Shown: piece by piece, positions 14,466-27,500 of the stretch | Numbering within the stretch: the stretch's first letter is position 1 | Layout of the letters: every line of letters starts with the position of its first letter | Origin: Flaccisagitta enflata | Lineage: Eukaryota | Length of the DNA stretch: 64,000 nucleotides | Assembly: GCA_965153355.1 (NCBI GenBank) | Contig: OZ231126.1 | Coordinates: 6,572,001-6,636,000 of the forward strand | Reading direction: 5' to 3' | Program-made: the position numbers and the translations under genes | Notes under the pieces: generated by a model | What the model was told of the DNA's origin: nothing | Seen by the model: the letters and a program-made list of their open reading frames with translations, nothing else | Databases searched by the model: none

Positions 14466-15129
14466 CACACTGGACCATGACCCAGAAAGTTTCAATGTGT
14501 TTTAAAATGTTTTGTTACGTCGAAAAAAACAACTCTCCAGTTTTCTTCAAACGTCAGCTAACGTCAGCTAGATACCAGGATAGTGACTAGCTCAAGACAT
14601 CAAGAAATATGGCGGTCATGTCCCTAGGTGTGGACGATGTGTGCGCAATTCTGACGTTAACGGGAATACAGAAAAATACATGTTACTGCAATATGCAAAT
14701 TAAGCGACTTTCACAGAAGAAAAACCGGCGAAGGGAAACCTAAAGCATCTTTTCTTGACTCGAGTCAATCGAGGCTTGTGTTTGTTGTCTCGTAACCTTG
14801 GTAACGCTACTGAGAACATTGTTTTAGTGCTGGTTTGTGTATCATGTGTGGTGGGACTATGACAGTGTTCCTTATGCGATGATACAACTAAGCTTGCCAT
14901 AGAAGTTTTTGTCGGTGTTGGTGCAGGGAAGCATTACAACAACAACAACAACAACAACCACCAATAGCAAACACAACAACAACAACAGCTACCGATCACC
15001 ACATCAATCGATATTAACAACAACAACAACTGACAACAACAACCGACAACAACAACCGACAACAACAACCGACAACAACAACCGACAACAATAACAGACA
15101 ACAACAACAAACAACAACAACAACAACAA

Positions 15130-15212
<83 letters not shown>

Positions 15213-15383
15213 TTCTCAAAGGCTTTCCCACCCGCCAATCACATAAGTCTTATGCTAATTTTCAATTGTAATATCATTGTAGTCACGCACTCCCAAATTA
15301 GGGTCAAGAAAACACCAGAAACCTCTGACTATTCAGATATGGCAGTATATATTTGTTCATTTGGTCGACATATATGTTGGATG

Positions 15384-15466
<83 letters not shown>

Positions 15467-16004
15467 GACAGTGACTTACAAAAGTCAATGGAACAAACTT
15501 TTCAAATCCATTTGCTTATTGTTAACAATGTCAAAAGTTTCAAGAAATGAAACCGAGTCAAGAAAATTTGTTGGTATTTACTTAAAAAAAAACTAAGCTG
15601 TCTGATTCGAGCAGGAGACGACTTAAGAAAGCCATTGGTGATTGAACTAGTAATGATTGACTTGGTGGAATTAATTGTAAAAGAATTAGAATATGATCAG
15701 GGAAGCAAACACAAAACACAAATCAAATGTGGAGGTGGGTGGGACGTTGACCGGCAATCAGCCGAAGAAAGAGAATGATACCTCTATGTAAGTTGGTTGA
15801 GGGGTTGGTTGGTCCCCGTTCTGCGTCGAGGGTGGTTTTTAGCCACGGTGATGGTGGTTTAGGTTGGTTGAGGGGTTGGTTGGTCCCCGTTCTGCGTCGA
15901 GGGTGGTTTTTAGCCACGGTGTGGTGGTGGTGGTGGTGGTGGTGGTGGTGGTGGTGGTGGTGGTGGTGTATGGTGGTGGATGTTAATTCTCCCCTGTCGT
16001 AGGA

Positions 16005-16385
16005 ACAGGCGGGGGCAGGACCTGGCTTAGGGTGGAAGAAGGGAGAAGGCAGTGATGGAGGCAGTGACGGTGAAAAGTGAAAGCAAGGGCGGGCAGGGGC
16101 AGGGGCAGGCAGGGGTGGAGGACGGTACTGAGGCCGAGGCGGAGGTAGGGGTGGTGAAGAGTGAAAGCAGGGGGTGGAGGTAGAGGGCGAAGGCAGGGGC
16201 GGAGATAGAGGGCGCAGGCAGGGGTGGAGGACGGTACTGAGGCCCAGGCGGAGGTAGGGGTGGTGATAAGTGAAAGCAGGGGTGGAGGTAGAGGGCGAAG
16301 GCAGGGGCGGAGATAGAGGGCGGAGGTAAAGGACGCAGGCAGGGGTGGAGGATGGGACTGAGGCAGGATAGAAGGCAGGGTACGA
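16005..16385 (+). repeat. G-rich degenerate repeat with G-quadruplex potential
   Basis: GCAGGGGTGGAGG units with a roughly 105-bp duplication. Confidence 0.7.
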
Positions 16386-16669
16386 GGACCGGGTGGTAAC
16401 AAGGATGAAAATGCGGCGGAATATAGATTATAATTGTCTCGTGAGATTGTGCTCATTTTCATCGAGAAGTTGCTTAGCAAGTTTTTTTTGCCTTGTCTCT
16501 CTCTTCCTGATATCCTAACCGGCTCTTTCTCTTATTTATCCTCTTTCCTCTCAAGGCCACATAAAAAAAGTACTGACTTCATTAAAATCCCTTCCATGAG
16601 CTTAACTTTTAACTTACATTAAGTACTTTGCGTTGATAAGAGGCTACAGTTGATCGCTTTTACACTAAA

Positions 16670-17044
16670 AACAAGGCCAAGTAGGCCAACGATGCGCCCT
16701 CTTTGAATGAATGTTGTTTTATGAATGAATGTTGTTTATAATATAATATAAAAGTAAAGCTACCAAAGGAAGCAACCTTTTTACGAGTTGCTCATCAAGA
16801 TGGTAGCTGTTCCGACAGAACAATTACAATTATGTGGCAAAGAAAAATAACCAGTCAGTAGTTCTTCAAAAACAAAAACGTGGATGGATGAATGATTTTA
16901 TGAGTGAATTATTCAATGTATGCTACTTTTATTGAGTTGGTACGAATTTTCTGTTTAAATGATGCAAGATTCTGATGCTTTTTATATATGCGTTACCCGA
17001 CCGACGGACACAGCCTATTATAGAGATGCGAGAACGCACCCAAA
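16670..17044 (-). mobile_element. HINE family B, diverged
   Basis: AACAAGGCCAAGTAGGCCAACGATGCGCCC ... TATAGAGATGCGAGAACGCACCCAAAA. Confidence 0.65.
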
Positions 17045-17142
17045 AATTATCATGGCGCTAAGTTCTTTAAGAAGTCAAGAAACTAAATCTTTATGCGTCT
17101 CATATGGATTATATTCATGATGGTAAATTCTGGTTGTATCTA

Positions 17143-18106
17143 ACTATGGCAAAAAAAAACCGAACAACTTTTGAGAGTGCAAAAAAGTATGAAGATGTTG
17201 ACCAATTTGCATAAAATTTACAGTGAATGATAACCATGATATGGACTATGTCTGGTTAAAATTTCATCAAAATCCGTTGAGAACTTTAGCCGTTATCACG
17301 TTTTTACTGAAGTCACTTCTTTTTTGGACTGCCAGAGATGATGTTTACCCTAAATCAAAATAATACCATTTTTAGTAAAATTGGCATTGTGCAAAAAGTT
17401 TTGGGAGTTTTGTCATGATTTTTGAACTGTAGTCTGATGGTAATATTTACTAATACTAGGCAAAATTTGCATCTACTCAGATAAAGTCTAGTTCGGTAGA
17501 TATTGGTTGATTGTAAGCTTGCTCAGGATAAGAAATATTCTGCTACCTGTTAGAATATTTTTGCAATTTGGGGGACTAAAAATGCTTCAATATTCACAAA
17601 AATTTTACTGGAGATGAATCATATGTACAAAAGTTCCCAGTTAAAAAATCAAGATAATTGGTAAAAAACTCTGGCCTTAGCATCGATTTATATTTCAGAT
17701 TTCATCTTCATTTACTTCATTCTAAAAACCAAAAAAAAGTTTTAGAAAACTTGCTGTTTCTGCTAAAGTAATCAGAGTTTTGTAATGAAATTATTATCAC
17801 AGCCTGCTAACAATGTGGTCTACTTCCACTTCAAATTTCATCAAAATCAGACTAGATTTAGTATGTTTTTTTAAGTTTGTTTATTCATTCTTAGTAAATT
17901 CTTATGTGTGTACATTGAATTTCTTATCCTCTGACAAGCACTTTTAAAAAATCTATAATTCTCAAACTATTTAGAGCAGGTCATTTTTTCAGTGATGCTT
18001 AATGATACTAAAAAGTAACTTCAGTAAAAATTTCAGCACACTGAGTGAATTTTCAAAGGATTTATGAGCAAAAGAAGTAACTGTTCGGTTTTTTTTTTGC
18101 CATAGT
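17143..18106. mobile_element. Non-autonomous DNA transposon, about 960 bp, TA-flanked
   Basis: TA-ACTATGGCAAAAAAAAACCGAACA / TGTTCGGTTTTTTTTTTGCCATAGT-TA; AT-rich non-coding interior. Confidence 0.78.
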
Positions 18107-18422
18107 TATACAGCTGCCTTTGTAGATTTCCTGGCCTTAATTGAGTTTTCAAAAAAGAAAAAAAAAGACGAACAAAAAAGAAAGTCACCCTTCCCCCCCC
18201 CCCAAAAAAAAAAGAATCAGTGGCTTTTGATATTATCTATGGCAGCTTAAATTTGATTCTATAGTTCCGCCTCGATATCTTTTTGTCAAAGTCAGTCTCC
18301 ATCTGTCTATCTGTCTCTGTCTCTCTGTTTTTCTGTTTATGTTTCCCTCAATGGTGCTCTCCTTATCCACATCTTGTTGTTCTCTCTGTTTATCTTCACT
18401 ATGTCTCTATATCTATTTCTAT

Positions 18423-18481
<59 letters not shown>

Positions 18482-19349
18482 CTTGTGCTTGTCCACCTTC
18501 TTTTCCTGTCTGCTGAGTTCAGCATAAAATGTCCATTCGGTTCCCCTTAGAGAATCCCAATGAAGAATTACCCTCACCCACTCCGTTCTTCTTTTTCTTC
18601 CGTCTTTTCTTAAGTAATTTCTTCCTTGTTATTCCCTCTTTCCTTTAATTCGCCATTTTTTTTGTCTTCCTTTTTTTCCTAAGTTCTCTTTTCTTTTTGT
18701 TCTTCCTTTTATCCATGAGTTTTCCTTTCTTTTTTGTCCTCCCTTTATTTTCTTAAGTTCTCTTTTTCCTTTTTTGTTTTTTTCTTCTTTCCTAAGATTC
18801 TTCTTCTTTTTTTTATTCTTCCTTCTTTCTTTTTTTCTTCCTTTTCTATCAATTTTGTGCCTCTTTTGCTTTGTTGGTAGTGTCCCACTTCATCTTCTTC
18901 TCCTTCTTCTTCATCTTTCTCTTCTTCTTCTTCTTCTTCTTCTTCTTCTTCTTCTTCTTCTTCTTCTTCTTCTTCTTCTTCTTCTTCTTCTTCTTCTTCT
19001 TTCTTCTTCTTCTTCTTCTTCTTCTTCTTCTTCTTCTTCTTCTTCTTCTTCTTCTTCTTCTTCTTCTTCTTCTTCTTTTCCTTCTTCTCTTTCTCCTCGC
19101 CTTTTACTTAATCTCTATATTCACGCCGTCTAATTTTTCCTTACTTTCCCTCCCATTTTGCCGGTGGTCCAAACCGTTCTGTTTCCTCCTCCATCTCCTC
19201 CTTCTCCTCCTTCTCCTCCTCCTCTTCCCCTGGATCGTTTTGTTCCAGCCTACCTCATTCTCATCCAATCTTCGCTTCATTAATTACGTCGCCCCGTTTT
19301 TCTCTCTCCACTTTCTGTCTGCTGCCTGTCACTCGTGGAACTCGCGTAA

Positions 19350-19720
19350 ACTTTGTTGCATTGAAGTAACTCACAAAGGTTAGGTCACATTCACGTTAAT
19401 CATATTGGCACAGATGCAGATATGATACTTTGTGTTCAATTGGTTGAATTGTAGTCACTCAGTGAGGCTTGGTCACATTCACATTAATAAAATGGGCACA
19501 GACGCAGTCATGCAACTTTGTTTGATTGGTTGTATCAAAGCTACTAAGAGGGCTTGGCATTAATGGCATCGATTCGGATAGAGTCAAGAAACTCTGTGTC
19601 TAATTGTTTGAGCTAGAAGTCACTCAGAAAGAGGCTTGGACGCACTCACGTCGATTGTATTGGCACAAATGCAGTTACGTAACTTCATGTTATATTGGTT
19701 GCATTGAAGTCACTCAAAAA
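19350..19720. repeat. Degenerate roughly 80-bp tandem repeat
   Basis: GTTGCATTGAAGTCACTCA...GGCACAGATGCAG recurs 4-5 times. Confidence 0.65.
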
Positions 19721-20779
19721 AGACTGGTTGACAGCCTGACAGGCAGACGGGTTGTAGCAGACGGGATGTATCTTCAACGCACATATTCAGATCCCCATGA
19801 AAAGCTGACACATAGACAAACCCTCATGATGAAGGTGAACAAGTAGTCAATCAAACATATACAGACACATGGACAAACGTGTCACATTAGCTTTGGTAGT
19901 CTCCTCCGATTTCACGTTACAATTTTGGCTATTAGCCATTAAGAAATGCAGACAAGTTGAACTCTCTGTGGAAATGAATGGAAAGCGAAGGCATGGATGG
20001 AAGAGGGCGGATTGGTAGGGGATCAGGAGAAGATAGGATAATGGAGATGGGGAGAGGATGAACTATGTAATGGGACAAGAGGGAATCTAAGACTTGGCTC
20101 GTGTGTTAGAAGTGAGGAGGACGTTTATATTTCGTCTCTCGAATTCTAAATGCATATTCTAAATGCATTTTCTGAATGGATTTTTTCCATCTTAAAAATT
20201 GGTCCTTTGGCCATCATAATGTGCACTGTGTGGCTCCTCTGTTGCCCATTTGTCTTGGCATGATATTTTCATACATCTTTTAGTATGTAGGATCCCCAGT
20301 TTAAAGCATAAAGATACGCGTGTTTCTATTGTGTCGATAACGTAACCACAACTTTATTGTATGCTGCATCATCCATTTATGACCATTATCCTCGCAGGTT
20401 TATGGTTGTTGTCATCCTGTCATCGATTGCTCGAGGCTGGGTTTGGTATTTTTTTTCATGATGGTCTATGACCTTTTGATGAATCCTCATGTCCTCATGT
20501 CCTTGCTCATAAGCCTTTTCCATTTGCTATTTGGTATTCTCTTACATGATAGGGTATGTCCCTTTAATTGACCCACATGTCTATATTCGTGTATTGTCCA
20601 CTCCTTTGTGAGCTTTGTTCTTGTGCTACTCGACAAGATGGATGGACGGACGAAAGAAAGTCCCCCTGTGTTCTACAGTACTTTGTTCCCTTCGGGGCCG
20701 CTGCCCTGCCTCCTCTCACTCCAATTAACAATTATACAAAGCAAGGCGACAGGTATTGCTGACCACATGTTGCCCTTCC

Positions 20780-21785
20780 ATGATAGAGTATGTCCTCATG
20801 TCCATGTACGCCTGTTGTCCACCCATTCGTTTTTCTTGCGCCACTTGAAATTCTCTTCCAAGCTAGAGTATGTCCTTATGACTAACCCTAATGTCCACGT
20901 TCGCTTATTGTCCACCCATTCCTTGTCCATGTCCTATTTAGTATTCTCTTCCATAATAGAGTATGTCCTTATGATTAACCCTCATGTCCATGCTCGCTTA
21001 TTGTCCACCCATTCGTTGTCCATGTCCTATTTAGTATTCTCTTCCAAGCTAGAGTATGTCCTTATGACTAACCCTAATGTCCACGTTCGCTTACTGTCCA
21101 CCCATTCGTTTTTCTTGCGCCATTTGGAATTCTCTTCCAAGCTAGAGTATGTCCTTATGATTAACCCTCATGTCCATGCTCGCTTATTGTCCACCCATTT
21201 GTTGTCCATGTCCTATTTAGTATTCTCTTCCATAATAGAGTATGTCCTTATGATTAACCCTCATGTCCATGCTCGCTTATTGTCCACCCATTTCTTGTCC
21301 ATGTCCTATTTAGCATTCTCTTCCAAGCTAGAGTATGTCCTTATGATTAACCCTCATGTCCATGCTCGCTTATTGTCCACCCATTCATTGTCCATGTCCT
21401 ATTTAGTATTCTCTTCCATAATAGAGTATGTCCTTATGACTAACCCGAATGTCCATGCTCGCTTATTGGCCTCCCATTCGTTGTCCATGTCCTATTAAGT
21501 ATTCTCTTCCATAATAAGAGTATGTCCCTATGATTGACCCTCATGTCCATGCTCGCTTATTGTCCACCCATTCGTTGTCCATGTCCTCTTTAGTATTCTC
21601 TTCTATAATAGAGTATGTCCTTATGATTAACCCTCATGTCCATGCTCGCTTATTGTCCACCCATTCCTTGTCCATGTCCTATTTAGTATTCTCTTTCATG
21701 ATAGAGTATGTCCTTATGATTAACCCTCATGTCCATGCTCGCTTATTGTCCACCCATTTGTTTTCCTTGCGCTATTTGGTATTCT
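20780..21785. repeat. 93-bp minisatellite, about 11 copies
   Basis: AACCCTCATGTCCATGCTCGCTTATTGTCCACCCATT... recurs at 20884, 20977 and onward; degenerate copies extend left to about 20450. Confidence 0.92.
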
Positions 21786-22095
21786 TGCGTCGCTAAGATG
21801 TAAAGATGGGTCAAGTAGAGATCCCAGAGGAGGGAACGGCCAAATAAAAACGGGACACGTAGAAATATGAGAACACGCCCCCTCTTCTCCTCCTCCTCCT
21901 CCTCCTCATCTTCCTCCTTTTCCTCTTCATTATCCTCCTCCTCCCGTTTCCTCTTTCCCTTCACCTCTTCCCGCGCCTGCCGGGGGAGTTCCAGGGTCAA
22001 CCAACGTTCTCATGTACTCGCCCTTCTTCCGTTTTCCTTCGTTTGTGTATCTGTCCACTTGCCAGTCTGTCGGTGTGACTGCCTGCCAGCCTGCC

Positions 22096-22624
22096 TTTTC
22101 CGGCAGCGGCCCCAAAGGGCTGTTGTCCTGTAGGACACAGGGGGGAATTTTGAGACATCTGTCTGTCTGTCCATCCGTCCTTCCGTCCGTCCCCCCCTTG
22201 GATATCGGAGCCTCTGGTCTGCAGTCTCAGGCCTGATTTTGGCCCTCAAATTAGCCCTTTAAGACCTCAATTTAGCTCTCAGGAGCTCAAATCAGCTTTC
22301 CTTACCTCATATCTGCCCTCAAGACCTCAAATCAGCCCTCCAGACCTCAAATCTGCCCTCCAGGCCTCAAATCAACTTTTCAGGCCTCAAATTTGTCCTC
22401 TAGGCCTCAAGCCTGCCCCCCAAGCCTCAAATCTGCTCTTTAGGACTAAATTCTGCCATCCCGACTTCAAATCCGCCTCAGGACGTCTCAAAATTCACCC
22501 CTGTGTCCTACAGGACATCGGCCCTTTGGGGCCGCTGCCCTGCTCTCACTCCACTACTTCACTTGATCACTCCAAGTAGGGCATTGGGTACCACTGACCA
22601 TGTGCGATCCTTGAATCACTAGTT
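22096..22624 (+). mobile_element. HINE-like family C
   Basis: GGCAGCGGCCCCAAAGGG / CCCTTTGGGGCCGCTGCCC inverted pair, CTCAAATCTGCCCTC array, ends CACTAGTT. Confidence 0.75.
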
Positions 22625-22685
22625 GTTTGTCTCTCGGCGTGCCTGCCTGTCTCTTTGTTTGTCTGTCAGCAGCCTGATTGTCTGT

Positions 22686-23120
22686 TTTTTGGGCAGCGGT
22701 CCCGAAGGGGACAAAGTCCTGTCGAACACAGGGGGACTTTCGTTCGTCTGTTTGTCCATTCGTGTGTCCGTTTGTCCCCCCCCAGGCCTTCCTAGGCCTT
22801 AAATCTGCCCTCTCAGGCCTGAAATTAACCTCTCAGGCCTGAAATTTGCCCTCTCAGGTCTGAAATCTGCTCTCTCAGGCCTTAAATTTGCCCTCTCTGG
22901 CCTTAAATCTACCCTCTTAGGCCTGAAATCTGTCCTCTCAGGCCAGAAATCTGTCCTCTCAGGCCTGAAATCTGCCCTCACAGAACGAAACTCCCCCTGT
23001 GTTTTACTGGACTTTGTCCCCTTTGGGGCCGCTGCCCTGCTTCCTCCCACTCTAATTCACAATCATGCAAAGCAGGGCAACGGATATCGCTGACCTGTGA
23101 CCTGTGACCTGCGACCTGTT
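22686..23120 (+). mobile_element. HINE-like family C
   Basis: Same subTIRs; (GGCCTGAAATCTGCCCTCTCA)n array. Confidence 0.72.
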
Positions 23121-23651
23121 TGTCTTTAGGCATAGTTGCCTGCCTGTCTGTTTGTCTGTCAGTGTGCCTACCTACCTTTCTAATTGAGTGTCGGCGTGGC
23201 TGCCTGCCTGTCTGTTCCTTCGTCTGTAGGCCTGTCTTCCTGCCTCTCCGACGGTCTGTTGGTGTGCCTCTGCCTGTCTGTTTGCCTGCCTGTCTATGAT
23301 CCATTCTGAAATTTTATCGGTCTCCCGGATCAGCTTTGTCCATTTCTTTCACTTTCATTTATAAACAAGCAATCATGGTGTAGATTATCATTACTAAAAC
23401 CTAAAAGGCTGGTCTCGCGCTGAGCGATCAGAAAACCTTCCAGCCAGCGGAGCCCCTGAAAATGCTAAGTCCGTGAGCGATTAAAAAATCATCCAGTTGG
23501 TAGAGAACGTTTTCTATCAGTCTCCTAAACATTTTTTTGGCGGCTCGTCATATATCAATGACGGAAGGTAGTTTTCTATGTCTTTCTACTGGTCAAGTCT
23601 CACATCTTAGACAGCAATCACCTGCGGGGGATAAGAGCAGCAAATGTAAGC

Positions 23652-24081
23652 ACAGTTGAACCCCGCAAAAACGGTTGTCTAGGGACCAACAAATTTTATC
23701 TGTTATAGGGCAAGATTCGAGATTCGCCGGGCCAACTATAAGAAATATGTCCACACCCTGTCACACTGATTTTACTCTTACATATAGGGATTTTTTATAA
23801 CCCATGCAAGATGAAGTGCTATTTCTATGGTGCATGAACTGAAAAAAAATACTAAAACACCCAAATATAGATATTTTTCTATGAATTATTGAAATGTGGA
23901 TGTCACAAAGTGTGGACATATTTCTTATAGTTGGCCCGGTGAATCTCGAATCATGCCATAGGCAGATTTCTGGTATTGCCAATACATGAATTTTCATAAG
24001 ATTACATGAAAAGATTTAAATTCTATGTCTATTTTGAGTGGATTTCCTTACTCCGGGTCTGGTGTAGCGGGGTGTGACTGT
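23652..24081. mobile_element. Diverged Tc1/pogo-like MITE (related fragments at about 5093-5270 and 63200-63382)
   Basis: CAGTTGAACCCCGC ... GCGGGGTGTGACTG-TA imperfect termini. Confidence 0.5.
23709..23957. mobile_element. MITE with roughly 45-bp near-perfect TIRs nested in the preceding element
   Basis: GGCAAGATTCGAGATTCGCCGGGCCAACTATAAGAAATATGTCCACAC and its reverse complement; ATAG on both flanks. Confidence 0.8.
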
Positions 24082-24589
24082 ATAGAAACAGTGACAATTC
24101 TTTACATACTGAGACAAAAAGAAAATTTCAGTTTAGAGACAGACAAAACAGTATCAGAGACAAATATAAAATCTGAGTTTAGAGACAAGCAGAAAATCGT
24201 TATTTGTTTCAACTATTCCATTTGTCTCTAAATCTTTATTTTCTGTTTGTCTCTTTACAAGAAAAAAACAATGAGTCTGAGTGGCTTGCCAACTGACAGC
24301 TGACGGCTGAAAGATATGGATACAAAGATGAGAAAAAAGAGAAATGTAAGTGAGACAAAAAGAAAATATGGATTTAATGGCAACAAATTGATTTTTCTAT
24401 TAGCTATGACCTGAGTTTGACAGCATTGACTGCAGACAGCTAATTGGGAAAGAGACAGAAAAATATACAAACTAAAAAAAAATACTGGTTTAGAGACAGT
24501 CAAAAAATTATCATCCATTTAAGAGTTGGAATTAAAGATTTAACTTTCACTGATTATCTTTTTGTCTCCCTTGAATTTCTTGTATAAAG

Positions 24590-27500
24590 GTAGGCTGAGC
24601 AGTAATGGCGATGGTCACAGTAGTGGTGAGCCTAAAATTGACCAAGTGCGAGGGAAGTCACATACATCATTCTTGGCCAAAATCAGCAATTGAGCCACAA
24701 TACAAATGTAGTAGTGGGCATAGTGTCAACAGGTGGCTGTTTAAGCTGTCAGATGCATGTACCCCTATACTCACCAGGAGCAAGAGAACTCACCGTAATG
24801 ATTCTTAGCCCAAATTAGCTATTGAGCCACCTTGCAAATCTTTTGAGAGCATGGTGTGTATTCTACAGAAGGGGAAACTGGTGAAAAGAGGGGCTAGCGG
24901 GGTTAATTCAAATGTTAAGCCTGTTTTGGCTTCACCCCAGATCAACACCTCTAATTCACCAAAAGCCCCTTATAATATACTTATATATATACATAGGACT
25001 TCCATAGATCAAATCAGAGATCCTCTTGGGATAGTAAGTTAAGTTGGTTTAACACATGTTCTAACCCCGCTAGCCCCTCATTCTACCCTTCTTAGGATTT
25101 TCTATATGTCTCATTTACATTCTCAGCCACACCCACCTCATCATTGTCTTGGTAGATGCTATTCTTTTAAGGCCAGAGTGAACCTTTTTTTGTTTGACGG
25201 AGACAAAAAGAAAATTCTAGTTCAGAGACAAACAGAAAATGATTGTTCATTTCTGTTTTCTGTTTGTCTCTGAGCCTCGATTTTTTGTTTGTCTCTGAGC
25301 CTCGATTTTTTGTTTGTCTCTTATATTAAAACAAACGCCAATAAGTGTGAAAGCCTTGACAGCTGAGGGCGGATGGAGAACCAAACAGAGATTCAAAGAG
25401 GTATTTATAAGAGACAAATGGAAAATCAAAGTTTAGAGACAAATAGAAAATGTTTTTTTCTTTAAGTTTTCTTTTTGTCATTAAATTGCAATTTTCTTTT
25501 TGTCTCTTTCCAGGAAAAACCAATGGGTCTGAATGGGCTACCCAAGTTGCATGCAGGTGGGCTCGAGCAGTGATGGACAAGGCCGCTAGGGCATTTTTAC
25601 AGGAGTAATGAGCTTTCAAAAAGGCAGAGTGCAGGGGAAGTCACCTACATCATTTTTGGCCCAAATCAGCATTTGAGCCACAATACAAATGTAGTAGTAA
25701 GCATAGTGTTAAGAGGTTGCTGTTTAAGCTGTCAGAAGCATGTACCCCTTTACTCACCAGGAGCAAGAGAACTCACCGTAATGATTCTTAGCCCAAATTA
25801 GTTATTGAGCCACCTTGCAAATCTTGTGAGAGCATGGTGTGTATTGTACAGAAGGGGAAACTGGTGAAAAGAGGGGCTAGCGGGGTTAACTCACATGTTA
25901 AGCCTGTTTTGGCTTCACCCCAGATCGACACCTAAAATTCACCAAAAGCCCCTTATAATATACTTGTTTATATACTTAGGACTTCCATAGATCAAATCAG
26001 AGATCCTCTTGGGATAGTAAGTCAAGTTGGTTTAACACATGTTTTAACCCCGCTAGCCCCTCATTCTACCCTTCTTAGATTTTCTATATGTCTCATTTAC
26101 ATTCTTAGCCACACCCACCTCATCATTGTCTTGGTAGATGCTATCTTTTAAGGCCAGAGTGAACCCTTTTTTGTTTGACGGAGACAAAAAGAAAATTCTA
26201 GCTCAGAGACAAACAGAAAATGATTGTTCATTTCAGTTTTCTGTTTGTCTCTGAGCCTCGATTTTTTGTTTGTCTCTTAATATTAAAACTAATGCCAATA
26301 AGTGTGAAAGCCTTGACGGCTGAGGGCGGATGGAGAACCAAACAGAGATTCAAAAAGGTATTTATAAGAGACAAATGGAAAATCAAAGTTTAGAGACAAA
26401 TAGAAAATGGTAGTTTCTCTAAGTTTTCTTTTAGTCTTTAAATTGCAATTTTCTTATTGTCTCTTACCATGAAAAACCAATGGGTCTGAATGGGCTACCC
26501 GAGTTGCATGCAGGTGGGTTCGAGCAGTGATGGAGAAGGTCAATAGGGCATTTTTACAGTAGTGAGCTTTAAAAAAGGCAGAGTGCATCGGAAGTCACAT
26601 ATATCATTTTTGGCCCAAATAAGCAATTGAGCCACAAAACAAATGTAGTAGTGAGCATAGTGTCAACAGGTGGCTGTTTAAGCTGTCAGAAGCATGTACC
26701 CCTATACTCACCAGGGGCAAGAGAACTCACCGTAATGATTCTTAGCCCAAATTAGTTATTGAGCCACCTTGCAAATCTTGTGAGAGCATGGTGTGTATTC
26801 TACAGAAGGGGAAACTGGTGAAGAGGGGCTAGTGGGGTTAACTCACATGTTAAGCCTGTTTTGGCTTCACCCCGGATCAACACCTCAAATTCACCAAAAG
26901 CCCCTTATAATATACTTATATATATACATAGGACTTCCATAGATCAAATCAGAGATCCTCTTGGGATAGTAAATTAAGTTGGTTTAACAAATGTTCTAAC
27001 CCCGCTAGCCCCTCATTCTACCCTTCTTAGGATTTTCTATATGTCTCATTTACATTCTCAGCCACACCCACCTGATTATTGTCTTGGTAGATGCTATTCT
27101 GTTAAGGCCAGAGTGAACCCTTTTTTGTTTGACGGAGACAAAAAGAAAATTCTAGTTCAGAGACAAACAGAAAATGATTGTTCATTTCAGTTTTCTGTTT
27201 GTCTCTGAGCCTCAATTTTTTGTTTGTCTCTTAATAATAAAACAAATGCCAATAAGTGTGAAAGCCTTGACAGCTGAGGGCGGATGGAGAACCAAACAGA
27301 GATTCAAAAAGGTATTTATAAGAGACAAATGGAAAATCAAAGTTTAGAGACAAATAGAAAATGTTAATTTCTTTAAGTTTTCTTTTGGTCTTTAAATTGC
27401 AATTTTCTTATTGTCTCTTACCATGAAAAACCAATGGGTCTGAATGGGCTACCCAAGTTGCATGCAGGTGGGCTGGAGCAGTGATGGAGAGGGTCAATAG

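Noticed and set aside
20608..21796. 296-aa ORF with 31-aa repeats
   Set aside because: Product of the 93-bp minisatellite; it starts in a family C fragment and is broken by a stop and a frameshift.
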